IMG/VR virus record: IMGVR_UViG_3300022602_000024
Location: 290,430-354,429 of that record
DNA length: 64,000 bases
Strand: one strand, 5' to 3'
Below the pieces are notes generated by a model. It had not been told where the DNA came from, did not search any database, and saw only the letters and a program-made list of their open reading frames with translations. Within the stretch, counting starts at the first letter, position 1. Every line of letters begins with the position of its first letter. Below are positions 46,915-56,954 of this stretch, in pieces. The translations under genes were made by a program, and so were the position numbers.

Positions 46915-48433
46915 TTACCGCACTGGTCGTTGATGATGATCCATCGTTTTCGTAATAAACAGTAGTCAAAGGTGTATTAACTGCCAATGGTGAATAAGAA
47001 TTTTCAGCATTGTTTGTTGAGCTGGGACCAATATTAAATGCACTTTGTAATCCAGATGGCAGTTTGGCTGCAAAATAACTGTTGTTGAAGTCACCACTAG
47101 CAACTGCCTGTACCCCTTGATTGATATAACTAACTCCACTGCTGATTGCCCCAGTTATAGGATCTATCACTGTCTTATTAACATAGTCCACCCCTTGGCT
47201 AACTTGTCCAGCAATATAATTAGAAGCAGCATTTACTGCGGTACCTACTACAATATTAGTTACGCTATTTTCAATAGTTTTTAGTAACTGATTTGGATTT
47301 GTTGCTGCGGCTGCTAATAAAGTACCAGTTTGTCCAAACTTACTTGCGATAAGTGAAGCAGATTGTGCTGCACTCAACCCCACTGGTATGCCGGCAGATC
47401 TAAGAGCACCTGTTAAAGTTGCATTTTGTCCTGCAACTAAAGAACCGCCAGTGAAATTAAAATTAGCGTTTTGGGATATACTTGGAATGTTGTATCCACC
47501 GTTGTTGGGCTGAATTGCCGACATACTGTTTTGTAAATTAGCAAGAGCAATCGAAATACTAGTTGATGATCCAGTGGGGCCATTTGATCCTGTTACTGCT
47601 GATGGCGTCGGTGGTGGTACCGGGGCATTTGCAAAATCTGTAACAATACTCGATTGGAGTCCTTCAGGTATGATACCTGTACTACCCCAGGGACTAGAGT
47701 TAATTGCGTCATAAGGACCACCTTGGTCATCATAATGCAAATCAATGAATCCCCCTGCAGTATTTTGTGTAACTGAACCTGAATAATATTTTACTGTTTC
47801 AAATTGCACAGTCATTTGATGTTGTAGCAAGCTGGTGTTTTCCCCATTGGCTAGCTCGCCGTGTCTGAAACTAGTTATAACTGGATTAATCAGTTCGTAT
47901 TCGTCAAACTGTTGTTGATACAAACTGTAAATTCTAATAGCCTGTATATACTGATACGGTTGTAGTTGTAAAGAATATTGTTGTTGTATAGGATTGGGAT
48001 TACTTGGTTGTTTTGGACTATAGCCCCATCCCATTGTTGGGCGACTTTGATATTTCGAAGTTGCTCTATATGTGCTGTCTACATAGTCGCTGTCTCTGTA
48101 ATAAAAACTATAATAGTCGTACCAAAAATTCAATATGTCATCTGATTGGTCATCGTGAAAAACCATAGTAATAGGATCATACTTGATAGAATTTTGCACA
48201 TAATTTTTTCGATTGTATGCATTATGTTCTTTTACTTGTATGGTATATTTTGGTAAATCGACGCTTTTAACCAGCATGCCCATTTCTTGAGCAGTTACGT
48301 TTGTAATATTACTAATATCAGGATCAAAGTCAAATTCAACATAAAATAAGAATCCATACTTAGGACTCAGTCTGAATTGACTGTCTGTAAATATTCTTGC
48401 CGCGTGTTGATAGTCGCGTAAAACTGTGGTCAT
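46901..48433 (-). CDS. tail-tube-fold protein (baseplate/tube initiator-like) with a low-complexity C-terminus
   Basis: N-terminal VKSVDLP...YDPITMVFHDD parallels tube proteins; adjacent to the tube gene. Confidence 0.65.
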   Translation of the reverse strand: MTTVLRDYQHAARIFTDSQFRLSPKYGFLFYVEFDFDPDISNITNVTAQEMGMLVKSVDLPKYTIQVKEHNAYNRKNYVQNSIKYDPITMVFHDDQSDDILNFWYDYYSFYYRDSDYVDSTYRATSKYQSRPTMGWGYSPKQPSNPNPIQQQYSLQLQPYQYIQAIRIYSLYQQQFDEYELINPVITSFRHGELANGENTSLLQHQMTVQFETVKYYSGSVTQNTAGGFIDLHYDDQGGPYDAINSSPWGSTGIIPEGLQSSIVTDFANAPVPPPTPSAVTGSNGPTGSSTSISIALANLQNSMSAIQPNNGGYNIPSISQNANFNFTGGSLVAGQNATLTGALRSAGIPVGLSAAQSASLIASKFGQTGTLLAAAATNPNQLLKTIENSVTNIVVGTAVNAASNYIAGQVSQGVDYVNKTVIDPITGAISSGVSYINQGVQAVASGDFNNSYFAAKLPSGLQSAFNIGPSSTNNAENSYSPLAVNTPLTTVYYENDGSSSTTSAVIGPP

Positions 48434-48468
48434 ATAGTTTGGTCCCGATACTATAATATTTAGTCCAT

Positions 48469-48496
48469 AAAAAAACCCGGATTTTAAACCGGGTTT
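48469..48496 (-). terminator. intrinsic terminator after the tail tube gene
   Basis: AAACCCGG-TTTAAAAT-CCGGGTTTTTTT. Confidence 0.8.
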
Positions 48497-48517
48497 GATT
48501 TTGTTCGTTACAAACTA

Positions 48518-49132
48518 TTATGGTAAAGCAGTTACACCAGGAGTTTGTGTAACTACGGAAGTACCGATTCCGCCACCTACTGTTTGAACTGCGTTATCAA
48601 ATTTGATTGTTAATGCAATTGTTACAGGATCGTTGCTGTTGTAGTTCATATCACCGTAGTCAACTTGACTCAAGAAACATCCATCTAGTTCCCATGACTC
48701 AAGAATGTTAGGTTGAGTAGTTCCGTTGCCACCATCCAACATATCAAATGTAAGTTGGAATTTGTAGTTAACACCGGCGCTTGCACTTGCTTGTTCTAAG
48801 AAGTCAAACTGTTTCTGAACTTGTTGTCCGACTAATGTACTGACAGCACCAGTGGCATCGTCACGTAGATTAATTGTGGTTTCTTGCCACTCAGGCTTAC
48901 CTTGTAAGTAAATCTTTGAGTTATATACATCAAGAGTAATTGGATTAAAGTTAACGCTGGGACGTTTAATATCCATCACTTGCTTGGTAAGTTCTGTAGT
49001 ACCATTACTTGTTCCAAAGCTAATAAAATTAGCGCGGAATCTGTATTTTAGTTTTGGCATCAACAGGCCTTGCGGGCCCGATTGACTGCCACTTAGTGGT
49101 ACTGTGAAATTATTTAAACTTGCTACTGCCAT
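48518..49132 (-). CDS. tail tube protein (gp19-like)
   Basis: PKLKYRFR, GKPEWQ..TINLRDD, W.L.GCF; follows the sheath gene. Confidence 0.88.
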   Translation of the reverse strand: MAVASLNNFTVPLSGSQSGPQGLLMPKLKYRFRANFISFGTSNGTTELTKQVMDIKRPSVNFNPITLDVYNSKIYLQGKPEWQETTINLRDDATGAVSTLVGQQVQKQFDFLEQASASAGVNYKFQLTFDMLDGGNGTTQPNILESWELDGCFLSQVDYGDMNYNSNDPVTIALTIKFDNAVQTVGGGIGTSVVTQTPGVTALP

Positions 49133-49163
49133 ATTCTTCTCCTGTTATCCTTATTTATCTATA

Positions 49164-52100
49164 TTAGGTTGACGATTTACCTAGGCTAGCAATCGTTCCG
49201 GGATTGTAGATAGCAATAGGAATGTAAATAAACTCAACATCTTTCATTGGTTCGATTGCAACATCAACATACAGTTGGTTGTTAGCAATTCTTGATGATG
49301 TATTGTTGCTAGTGTCACAAATTACCAAGTAGTCATATAGGCCACGCAAACTCATTACGTTATTAAGCGCACTTTCAATTTGTGTAGCAATAGACTTACG
49401 TGTAATTGCATCATTGGGTTCAAACAAATATGCATTGCTCACGCTTGCAAATATTTTACGTAGATAGTTTTCTAAACGAACTACATTAACACGATTACGT
49501 GCAGTGGTATCACCGCTACGTGTTTCTTGTCCCCAAATCACTAGGCCTGTGCCAGGCAATTGTGTAATTGGGTTAATATTCAATGTGTACAATGCATCAC
49601 GTAGACCTTGGTTAATACCATTGTGGATAAATGATCCAGATGTAGCATCAACATATCCAATGTCGTTTAGATTACTTACTAGTCCACGATTAACACCAGC
49701 CGGTGCAAACCATTGATAAGCAACTTGATCATTATACAAATATGTACGCAATGCAGCATGACTTGCTGGTACTGCTACAGTATTACCTGCCAAGTCAGTT
49801 GTTAGACCAGCTGGATAGTAAACTGCCAAATATGGGCTAGCAGTACTCAATCCTTTGCCTGCCCAATCGCCTTGGTTATTGTTCCAGTTGGTCAACTCTG
49901 TTGCAGTAGGTTGCAATGTCATTGGTGTATCTCCAATGATGAAACCAGTGTCGCCACGGTTGTCGTTCAGTGTTACCATGCTTGGAATTAACTCTGGATA
50001 GTTAGGTGCAACTAGTAGATTAAAATCATAGTTGGTATCTAAAATATCTGTGTTGCTGTTTATTGCTGCTTCCATGGCAGTAACAATCAAGTTGCGTTGT
50101 GCAGCTGAACCAGCATACATGACCCCAGACTCGTTAGCACCACTTACGCTTACCCATGTAGCTGACATCGATGGCAATGTTCCTGCTGAACCTGGAATTG
50201 TACCAGGATTTGGGAAACTTGTTGCATTAAAATAGTTAGATTCAAATTTCTTAACATTATATCCACTACGACGTGTATTGAATAGCAACGCACCACGTGG
50301 GTATAAACGATAATCAGGCGCATCTTGATCAATGTAAGAACTTAACAACATTGCACTAGTAGCAGGGAATGATCCAGTTGCAGGATCAACAGTACCTGCA
50401 GTATCCCATCGTGCATCAGCAAATACAATACCGTTGTTTGAAGTATGATCAGCAGTATTGATTGCTACCCAACTTGTTCCATTATAACGTGATAAGTTTG
50501 GATAGTTAATTAAATCACCAGAATTCAACCATAAGTCGCCAGCTACTAATGAAGCGCCAGAGCTTTGGCTAGTTGGTGCAGTAGTACTTACAATAACACC
50601 ATTGGGATCTGTGCTAATTAAGTTATAACCACGTACATCGGATGTTACTGTACGATATCCTTTCCAACCAAAGTTGTTAATCATAATGTCAACATCAGCA
50701 GGATTGCTATAATACCATAGTATACCATCTGCAGGTTCTGCAGCAGGAGTGGAAGTACTGAATACTACTGTTGGAGTTGTTTGCACCCAATTGCTGATAA
50801 AATATACTCCGTTAAACAATGGACTAAATCCAGCATTAGACAATACTGTTGACGATCCACCTGATCCAGATGTTATCTGTATCTGTCCGCCTGTTGTGTG
50901 AGTAATTGTAACCGTTCCGTTACTGTTAACTTGAGCAGTAACATAAGGAATATTTGCATTTAATATGTCGCTAACAAAAGTTGTAGCAGACGAACCAGAT
51001 GTGGTTATAGAATATGCTGTAAATGATGTTAATCCAGGTGCAGTGGCATTAATAGTAAATTGCTGACCTGATGTATACGTTCCAGTGCCCGAACTTGTTC
51101 CCGACGATGTGGTTCCAACCTGCTGATATTCAAATCTGAGTTCGTTGGAATATGCAGCAGTGGTAGCAAAGTTGGCAATAACTTGTCCATGAGTAATATT
51201 TACGCCGCCGCCTGTTGGATCCAATGAATATATTGCCGCAGCATAATTAGGATAGAGTGGTACTGTTAATTTGTCCCAGGTATTTTGAGATGCATTGTAT
51301 TGTCTAAAATCGGGGTTCCATCCGCCACCAGTGGCACTTGTCTTCCACCAAATACTGCCTGTTGGACGTGGTTGATTATCAGAAAAGAACCATCCGCCAG
51401 CTGGAGCTTGTGCATAGCTGCCATAGAAGAAATAAGGACAATATGCAGTTGCGGTACCGCCTGAACTAGCAGTTACCAATCCGCATTTGTATAGAGGGCT
51501 ACTTGTTCCATCGGTAATAACTATTTTACCATCAACTGTGCTACCGTTACTGGTAGCAGCACTGGTTGCAAATAATGTCAATAGTCCACCAGTGGTAACA
51601 ATAGCAGTTACACCCGGAATACTTTGAGCATTAATATCTGCAGCCAATTGTGCTACAGTAGTTTCGCTGCCGCCCATAGTAACAGTAACTGTATTAATTG
51701 TTAATGTGCTACTAGATGTTAACACTGGATTTGCAACAGTACCTTGCAATACTGGGGTTGCATTTTGCCAAGCAGTACTACCAACTGGTACCCAATAATT
51801 AGTATTTCTGAGAGTATTACCGTTTGTTCCACCTTGTGTTGATACTGCGGTTGCTTTGTACCATAGTGAAACACCAGCTGGGCTTGAATCTGCTGAGTTA
51901 GTAAATACCAGGGCATATTGTCCTTGCTGGCCAATTGATGGTAATGGTGCTGCAGGATTGCTACCACTGACTTGCGCTTCGTTTGTAATCAACAACAAGT
52001 TAGAATCAATACTGCTAAATGAACTTGTTGCGGCATTCAGTGAGTAAATACCAAATTCTGTGCTGGCTAAATTCAGCCAGTATGTGCCATCTGCTTCTGC

Positions 52101-52478
52101 GCCTGTAGGACGAACACTTGTGCCTATTAGTTGACCAAGATCAATATCAGCACGGATAGCATAAAGTTGATTACTTAGTCCCAATGCACTATAAGCAGTC
52201 AATAATCCATATTCATTCAACTCGCTGGCATTAATCGGTGTACCGGATGCGTTGAGTTGGAATGTTGGTGTTCCTAGTGCTGTAATCAAATCACGTTGAC
52301 TAGTGAATGTCTGCAATTTGCCAGCATTGGCTTTGCTTGTGCCAGCAGCGGCAGCACCGTTATAGGTTTTATCTTGTGCTGTTGCTAAAACAACTAGTGG
52401 GATCGAGCCAGTATTGCTGTTAACATATTGACTTTGATCGTTAATGGAAATTTGAATTCCTGGAGAAACTAGTGCCAT
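49164..52478 (-). CDS. tail sheath protein (gp18-like) with a large internal insertion
   Basis: N-terminal LVSPG; C-terminal WFAPAG.NRG, INPI, WGQ.T, R.NV.RL, EFIYI. Confidence 0.95.
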   Translation of the reverse strand: MALVSPGIQISINDQSQYVNSNTGSIPLVVLATAQDKTYNGAAAAGTSKANAGKLQTFTSQRDLITALGTPTFQLNASGTPINASELNEYGLLTAYSALGLSNQLYAIRADIDLGQLIGTSVRPTGAEADGTYWLNLASTEFGIYSLNAATSSFSSIDSNLLLITNEAQVSGSNPAAPLPSIGQQGQYALVFTNSADSSPAGVSLWYKATAVSTQGGTNGNTLRNTNYWVPVGSTAWQNATPVLQGTVANPVLTSSSTLTINTVTVTMGGSETTVAQLAADINAQSIPGVTAIVTTGGLLTLFATSAATSNGSTVDGKIVITDGTSSPLYKCGLVTASSGGTATAYCPYFFYGSYAQAPAGGWFFSDNQPRPTGSIWWKTSATGGGWNPDFRQYNASQNTWDKLTVPLYPNYAAAIYSLDPTGGGVNITHGQVIANFATTAAYSNELRFEYQQVGTTSSGTSSGTGTYTSGQQFTINATAPGLTSFTAYSITTSGSSATTFVSDILNANIPYVTAQVNSNGTVTITHTTGGQIQITSGSGGSSTVLSNAGFSPLFNGVYFISNWVQTTPTVVFSTSTPAAEPADGILWYYSNPADVDIMINNFGWKGYRTVTSDVRGYNLISTDPNGVIVSTTAPTSQSSGASLVAGDLWLNSGDLINYPNLSRYNGTSWVAINTADHTSNNGIVFADARWDTAGTVDPATGSFPATSAMLLSSYIDQDAPDYRLYPRGALLFNTRRSGYNVKKFESNYFNATSFPNPGTIPGSAGTLPSMSATWVSVSGANESGVMYAGSAAQRNLIVTAMEAAINSNTDILDTNYDFNLLVAPNYPELIPSMVTLNDNRGDTGFIIGDTPMTLQPTATELTNWNNNQGDWAGKGLSTASPYLAVYYPAGLTTDLAGNTVAVPASHAALRTYLYNDQVAYQWFAPAGVNRGLVSNLNDIGYVDATSGSFIHNGINQGLRDALYTLNINPITQLPGTGLVIWGQETRSGDTTARNRVNVVRLENYLRKIFASVSNAYLFEPNDAITRKSIATQIESALNNVMSLRGLYDYLVICDTSNNTSSRIANNQLYVDVAIEPMKDVEFIYIPIAIYNPGTIASLGKSST

Positions 52479-52577
52479 GGTGTTATTCCTTTAAAATACA
52501 TGTTATAGTTATTTATAATAAAGGTATATTTTTGGGTGGTTACAGGAGCCTTTGGGAAGGTTTAACTTAAATACTGT

Positions 52578-52928
52578 ATGCTTACTAGAGAATTATGCCC
52601 GTTATGTCACACCGATCCAGTTGCTGTTAACTATGTTCGAGAGGGAACAACTCACTACCGAAATAGTTGTAGTGCTTGTATTAGAAAAGGTAGGAAACTA
52701 AAGCCTGAACCGCCAGCATGGCAACGGTTAGGTTATAAGAAAAAACCCACCTGTGAGAAATGTGGCTTTAAATTCAAGTTTATGGAACAAAGTGTAGTGT
52801 TCCATGTGGATGGTAATTTAAAAAACAACAATCACTTTAATCTCAAGACTGTGTGCTTGAACTGTCAACAAGAGATTTATAAGAGCCGCTTGCTATGGAA
52901 ACCGGCTGCGATTGTACCAGATTTTTAA
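52578..52928 (+). CDS. HNH-like Cys-rich protein
   Basis: CxxC pairs, HVDGN..NN...NLKTVCLNC. Confidence 0.75.
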   Translation: MLTRELCPLCHTDPVAVNYVREGTTHYRNSCSACIRKGRKLKPEPPAWQRLGYKKKPTCEKCGFKFKFMEQSVVFHVDGNLKNNNHFNLKTVCLNCQQEIYKSRLLWKPAAIVPDF

Positions 52929-53523
52929 CTGCGGCATACAGTTCTTCGATAGTTCCATTGTTGTCAATAACAACATCAAAACGTGTTCCGGCCCAACTTG
53001 TTTCGCTGGGGTGAATACCGTTGTCTTTTAACCATTTGGCAGCTTTGGTATCGCCTGAGTTGGCCTTGGCAGCAATATCGTACCAGTGTGGAGTAATACC
53101 ACGTTGCACCCAAACGATTCGTCCGCCTTGTGCTTTGATACTTTTAATTTCATTAGGAAAACGGCAGTCACTGATTACTATACTGTCTTGGCTATTACGC
53201 AGTTTATTTTCTAAACTAGCAATCCACATATCGTCATGGAATCCATCACGTATAACTTCAGTGCCCCAGTATTGCAGGACCCATCTTGGAGTAAGATTAG
53301 GCATATTTAAACGTTCTGCCCACCAAGGATCTACTTGCTCGCGCCATTCACGTGCTGACTTAGTACGTCCTTCTAACATGGTACGATCCCAACCAAATAC
53401 TGCAGACACCGCATCTTTAAGTGTGCTAGCAAACGATTCACGCCTAAATTCGTGGAAGTTAACCAAATAGTCTGCGGCTGTATCTTTACCGCTACCAATC
53501 AAACCGCAGATTCCTATGATCAT
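52843..53523 (-). CDS. deoxynucleoside monophosphate kinase (gp1-like)
   Basis: GLIGSGKDT, FA..LKD, PR..LQ..GTE, SDCRFPNE, H.SE. Confidence 0.93.
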   Translation of the reverse strand: MIIGICGLIGSGKDTAADYLVNFHEFRRESFASTLKDAVSAVFGWDRTMLEGRTKSAREWREQVDPWWAERLNMPNLTPRWVLQYWGTEVIRDGFHDDMWIASLENKLRNSQDSIVISDCRFPNEIKSIKAQGGRIVWVQRGITPHWYDIAAKANSGDTKAAKWLKDNGIHPSETSWAGTRFDVVIDNNGTIEELYAAVKNLVQSQPVSIASGSYKSLVDSSSTQS

Positions 53524-53577
53524 AAAAAATGCTCCTATTACAGAGCATTTTAACGGATTTGTAACACAAAGGTCAAA

Positions 53578-53988
53578 TTATTTTTTCTTCAAAACAATTG
53601 GACCGACTCGGCGTGTTGTGCTGGCTTTGTTTACAGAATCAGTTTCACTTGATCCATCTGGAGTGAGTTGTAGGTGTCCAGCTTCAGGACCAAATGCTTT
53701 TGCGGCCTGATCTAAAATACGACGTTCTCCGTCAGTGTAAGCAGTAGCAATCAATGATTGTCCGGCAGGACCTTCTTTGGCAGGTTCGTGCTCATATTCG
53801 CCGCTGGGATCTCCGGCACCTGCTAAGAACATAGCAGAAAAGCGCCAAGGAGCATAAGGACTTGAGTTGTCTAACTTGTGATGACTACGCATACCGGGTG
53901 TGGCAGTTTGATGGCTATCTGGGATGCCATCATTGTCGGCGTCGTTGTCTACTTTTTTTGCTTCTGCAATAATTTCAGTGATTTTCAT
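53578..53988 (-). CDS. hypothetical protein with a capsid-targeting-like N-terminus (MKITEIIAE)
   Basis: Resembles the T4 internal-protein CTS; TAAATA promoter. Confidence 0.7.
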   Translation of the reverse strand: MKITEIIAEAKKVDNDADNDGIPDSHQTATPGMRSHHKLDNSSPYAPWRFSAMFLAGAGDPSGEYEHEPAKEGPAGQSLIATAYTDGERRILDQAAKAFGPEAGHLQLTPDGSSETDSVNKASTTRRVGPIVLKKK

Positions 53989-53997
53989 ATAGTATAT

Positions 53998-54954
53998 TTA
54001 GCCTGTTACCCATGTCAAAGGCTGGCTGCCATCAACATAGTTCTTCAAGTCTTCCTCTAATTTTTCCATTTCGGCTTGTGCTTCTGCTTTCATAGCAGAT
54101 CCGTTAAGTGTGGTGCCACCTTGTGGTCCTGCAATACTACTAAACTTTTCGTAGGCTTGTGCTAGAATACGTTTGCAGAAACTATAAGCCCACTCTTGTA
54201 TCCAGGGAAAAGCATAAGTGTCGTTAAAGATCATTTGATCTGGTTTGACATTGTTGATCCAAAGCAATACCGATTCCATTTGATCTGCTGGCGGATTTGC
54301 ACCTTGCCAGGGAATTTTACGAACCAGTGTTAGTTTCTTAGTAACTGGATTAAATGTGTAATTAATGTAACCACCGAACATGGTCATTGCCAGTTTCTGA
54401 TAATCTACAAACAATTCATAGTTTGTTAGTCCACCAACACGTCCAGCTACCAACATGTAAGTGTTCAGGTATCCTGAACTAAATGGTTCAAATTGGCTAG
54501 CAGTTGTTCCTGTGGTTGATCCAATACCACGTCTGAAAATGGCACGCACATTGATAATTTCTTTGGGCAGTATGTACTCTTGTGTTTCAGGCAACAACTG
54601 CAAAAATGCATAACTTTCTTCTGTTGAGTTTTGTGCTTTTTGTCTGTATTTTATTAGGGCCTGATTAATGCCCATTTCGTAGTGTTCTTTTTCAAGTTCC
54701 ACATCAACTAATCCATCGCCTAGGCGCATACGAATATAGTCAATGATACTGGCTCGCATTGAGTCAGTGGTATTACCGTACTGCCAATTGGGATCAGTTA
54801 CTCCAGGAAATGTTACTGTATCGTTGCCATCGAAGGCTATGTGTGCATTGGCCTGTGTTCCAGTAGCAGGATTAAACAACGATCTCGTGGTGATATTGTT
54901 GTTGTTATCATATCCTGTATCTGCGGTAACATTACCAGTAAAAGGTGTAGCCAT
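53998..54954 (-). CDS. neck protein (gp13-like)
   Basis: IDYI..RLG...VDVEL, W...K..L...KF..I.GPQGG..LNG. Confidence 0.9.
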   Translation of the reverse strand: MATPFTGNVTADTGYDNNNNITTRSLFNPATGTQANAHIAFDGNDTVTFPGVTDPNWQYGNTTDSMRASIIDYIRMRLGDGLVDVELEKEHYEMGINQALIKYRQKAQNSTEESYAFLQLLPETQEYILPKEIINVRAIFRRGIGSTTGTTASQFEPFSSGYLNTYMLVAGRVGGLTNYELFVDYQKLAMTMFGGYINYTFNPVTKKLTLVRKIPWQGANPPADQMESVLLWINNVKPDQMIFNDTYAFPWIQEWAYSFCKRILAQAYEKFSSIAGPQGGTTLNGSAMKAEAQAEMEKLEEDLKNYVDGSQPLTWVTG

Positions 54955-54958
54955 AAAA

Positions 54959-54995
54959 ACTCCGTTATATAGTATTTATAACTACATAACGGAGT
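54959..54995 (-). promoter_or_regulatory. hairpin sequestering the gp13 RBS, with a late promoter in its loop
   Basis: ACTCCGTTATGTAGT-TATAAAT-ACTATATAACGGAGT-TTTT-ATG. Confidence 0.7.
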
Positions 54996-55002
54996 AGGGC
55001 TT

Positions 55003-56175
55003 TTACTGAACTTTGAGTAGGACCATGTCTGCGTTAATGCGCCCGTTTAGTGCAGTTTCTGTGGCTTTAATATTGCCCATAAACTTGCGCAATTCTACTT
55101 TGCTGGCTCTAGCAAACTCTTTGAGTTTTTCATCGGGTTTTCTAATAGTTTTGCAGACACTCTTAACAGTATCGTAACCGGTAATTGTAGTACCCTTAAT
55201 GCCCAGCGGACCTGTTAAACTGTCAGCAACATACTGCCCAATTTTGCGGGTCTTGGTGTTGTACACCCACAGTTCTTTTGCCCCCAATACATCAACAGGA
55301 TTGACACTGATGATTTTGAGTGTTTTATCTTCTTTGGCGTACTTGAGTTTGGCCACAACTTTTTCTTTGCTGACTGCACGTGGAGCACGCACTTTCTTTA
55401 AACTCTTTTTAACGCCTCTATACTGCTCAATATCTTCCAACAGTTTTTCAATGAATGCACTGATACGTTTGAAGTCTGCGGCCTTGTAGTGACGATATCC
55501 TTCTGCAAGTTGCTCATCTTTTTTACTACTGGCTTGTGCAAGTTCAGCTAACCTTGCAGTATACACATCCACATACTTGGTCAATTGACTTTGTGGCACA
55601 TTGTTAGCGACCAAAAAGTCATAGGCTTTAAATGATTTTGTGGCAGTCACAAAGTCATCGTAATGCCCTTCAAGTTCGCCAATGGTTTCGGCAGTTTTCT
55701 CGTTAAGGCGATCCTGGATAGTGGGCACGTATGCTTTGGGCTTTTCGCCTTCCACAGTCTCAACCACTTCTGGGTCTGCTAACTCGATAGATTTTCTAAT
55801 GGCATCTGTAATGAATTCAATGTGGCGTCCACGGAATGGCATGCCCGCACGATGCGCCATGATTAGGCTACAGGCAGTCATACTCAGAGAACGATCTGGA
55901 CTGCGAATAAACGCACTCAATTCTGACTTGGTAAATGTAGTAGGCTGTGCCTGCATCCATTCTACCACATATTTCTTGCAGTCCTTTTGACTGTAGTAAT
56001 AATTGTAGTAATAAAAACTCTTTCGCAAGAAGTGGTCAAATGTCTCATTATCAAACTTCTCAGCACGTTCAGTATCCCACACTGGCTCACTGCCAGTGTA
56101 TTTCTCATCAGCAAAGTTGCCGCCACGTGGCTTTGCTACTTTGGTTTTAATCTTGATGCCTGCTACTATTGCCAT
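55003..56175 (-). CDS. hypothetical protein
   Basis: 390-aa ORF with AGGAG RBS. Confidence 0.75.
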   Translation of the reverse strand: MAIVAGIKIKTKVAKPRGGNFADEKYTGSEPVWDTERAEKFDNETFDHFLRKSFYYYNYYYSQKDCKKYVVEWMQAQPTTFTKSELSAFIRSPDRSLSMTACSLIMAHRAGMPFRGRHIEFITDAIRKSIELADPEVVETVEGEKPKAYVPTIQDRLNEKTAETIGELEGHYDDFVTATKSFKAYDFLVANNVPQSQLTKYVDVYTARLAELAQASSKKDEQLAEGYRHYKAADFKRISAFIEKLLEDIEQYRGVKKSLKKVRAPRAVSKEKVVAKLKYAKEDKTLKIISVNPVDVLGAKELWVYNTKTRKIGQYVADSLTGPLGIKGTTITGYDTVKSVCKTIRKPDEKLKEFARASKVELRKFMGNIKATETALNGRINADMVLLKVQ

Positions 56176-56184
56176 GTGTGCTCC

Positions 56185-56628
56185 TTACGAAAGTTTTTCA
56201 AGTATAGCATAAAGTTTAACAGCCAACAACCGTTCTCTACTCCATGCCTCCAATTCCCAGGGTTGCTCATAGTAATCTTTCTTTACTTGCCGACCCATCC
56301 AAAAGTGTTTTAGCCCACGTCGGGTTTCTTCCAAACGATACTGCCCTTTAACCATTTGTTTTACATGCACCATTTCGTGTGCTAGAGTATATACCAAATC
56401 TTCAAATTTTAGTGAACTGTCCAAAAACATCATGACATACTTGGGACGAATCATGTCAGCTTTGATAATACATCCACGCATGTCATCTGTTTTGCGCAAT
56501 TTGGGACGAAACACAATTTCCAATTCCCACATACTACTGGTAATATTGAGTTCTCTTTGAAAGAACCCAGCCGCTTGCTCTACAAAAGCTCGTTTACCTC
56601 TAGCACGGCAATTTACTACTGTTTTCAT
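56185..56628 (-). CDS. HEXXH zinc metallopeptidase-like protein
   Basis: LAHEMVHVKQ, Y..QPWE.EA. Confidence 0.8.
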   Translation of the reverse strand: MKTVVNCRARGKRAFVEQAAGFFQRELNITSSMWELEIVFRPKLRKTDDMRGCIIKADMIRPKYVMMFLDSSLKFEDLVYTLAHEMVHVKQMVKGQYRLEETRRGLKHFWMGRQVKKDYYEQPWELEAWSRERLLAVKLYAILEKLS

Positions 56629-56637
56629 ACCTACCTT

Positions 56638-56889
56638 TTAGTATAACAATTTGGAAAAAATAACCCAATGCTCAAAATCCTGTATACTGTTGTTTAATTG
56701 CAACAATAAATCTGTGTACTTTGGTGTTACTTGTCGTAAACGCTTACATTCTACAGATTCTCTGCTTAAATCATCAGCAATTTTTCGACAATTTCGGTAC
56801 ATTTTAAATAGCTCGCTACGGGCTCTCATATCTGTAGTACTTTTTACTACATTAAAAAACTCTTCTAGTCGGGCTATTTGTTGGTCCAT
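56638..56889 (-). CDS. hypothetical protein, probably a leaderless early gene
   Basis: TTGACC-17nt-TATAAT 6 nt before the ATG. Confidence 0.7.
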   Translation of the reverse strand: MDQQIARLEEFFNVVKSTTDMRARSELFKMYRNCRKIADDLSRESVECKRLRQVTPKYTDLLLQLNNSIQDFEHWVIFSKLLY

Positions 56890-56954
56890 ACGTGTATTAT
56901 ACTATAAAAATCATTCTGGGTCAAATCCATAAATATTACAATATAGGAACAGTT

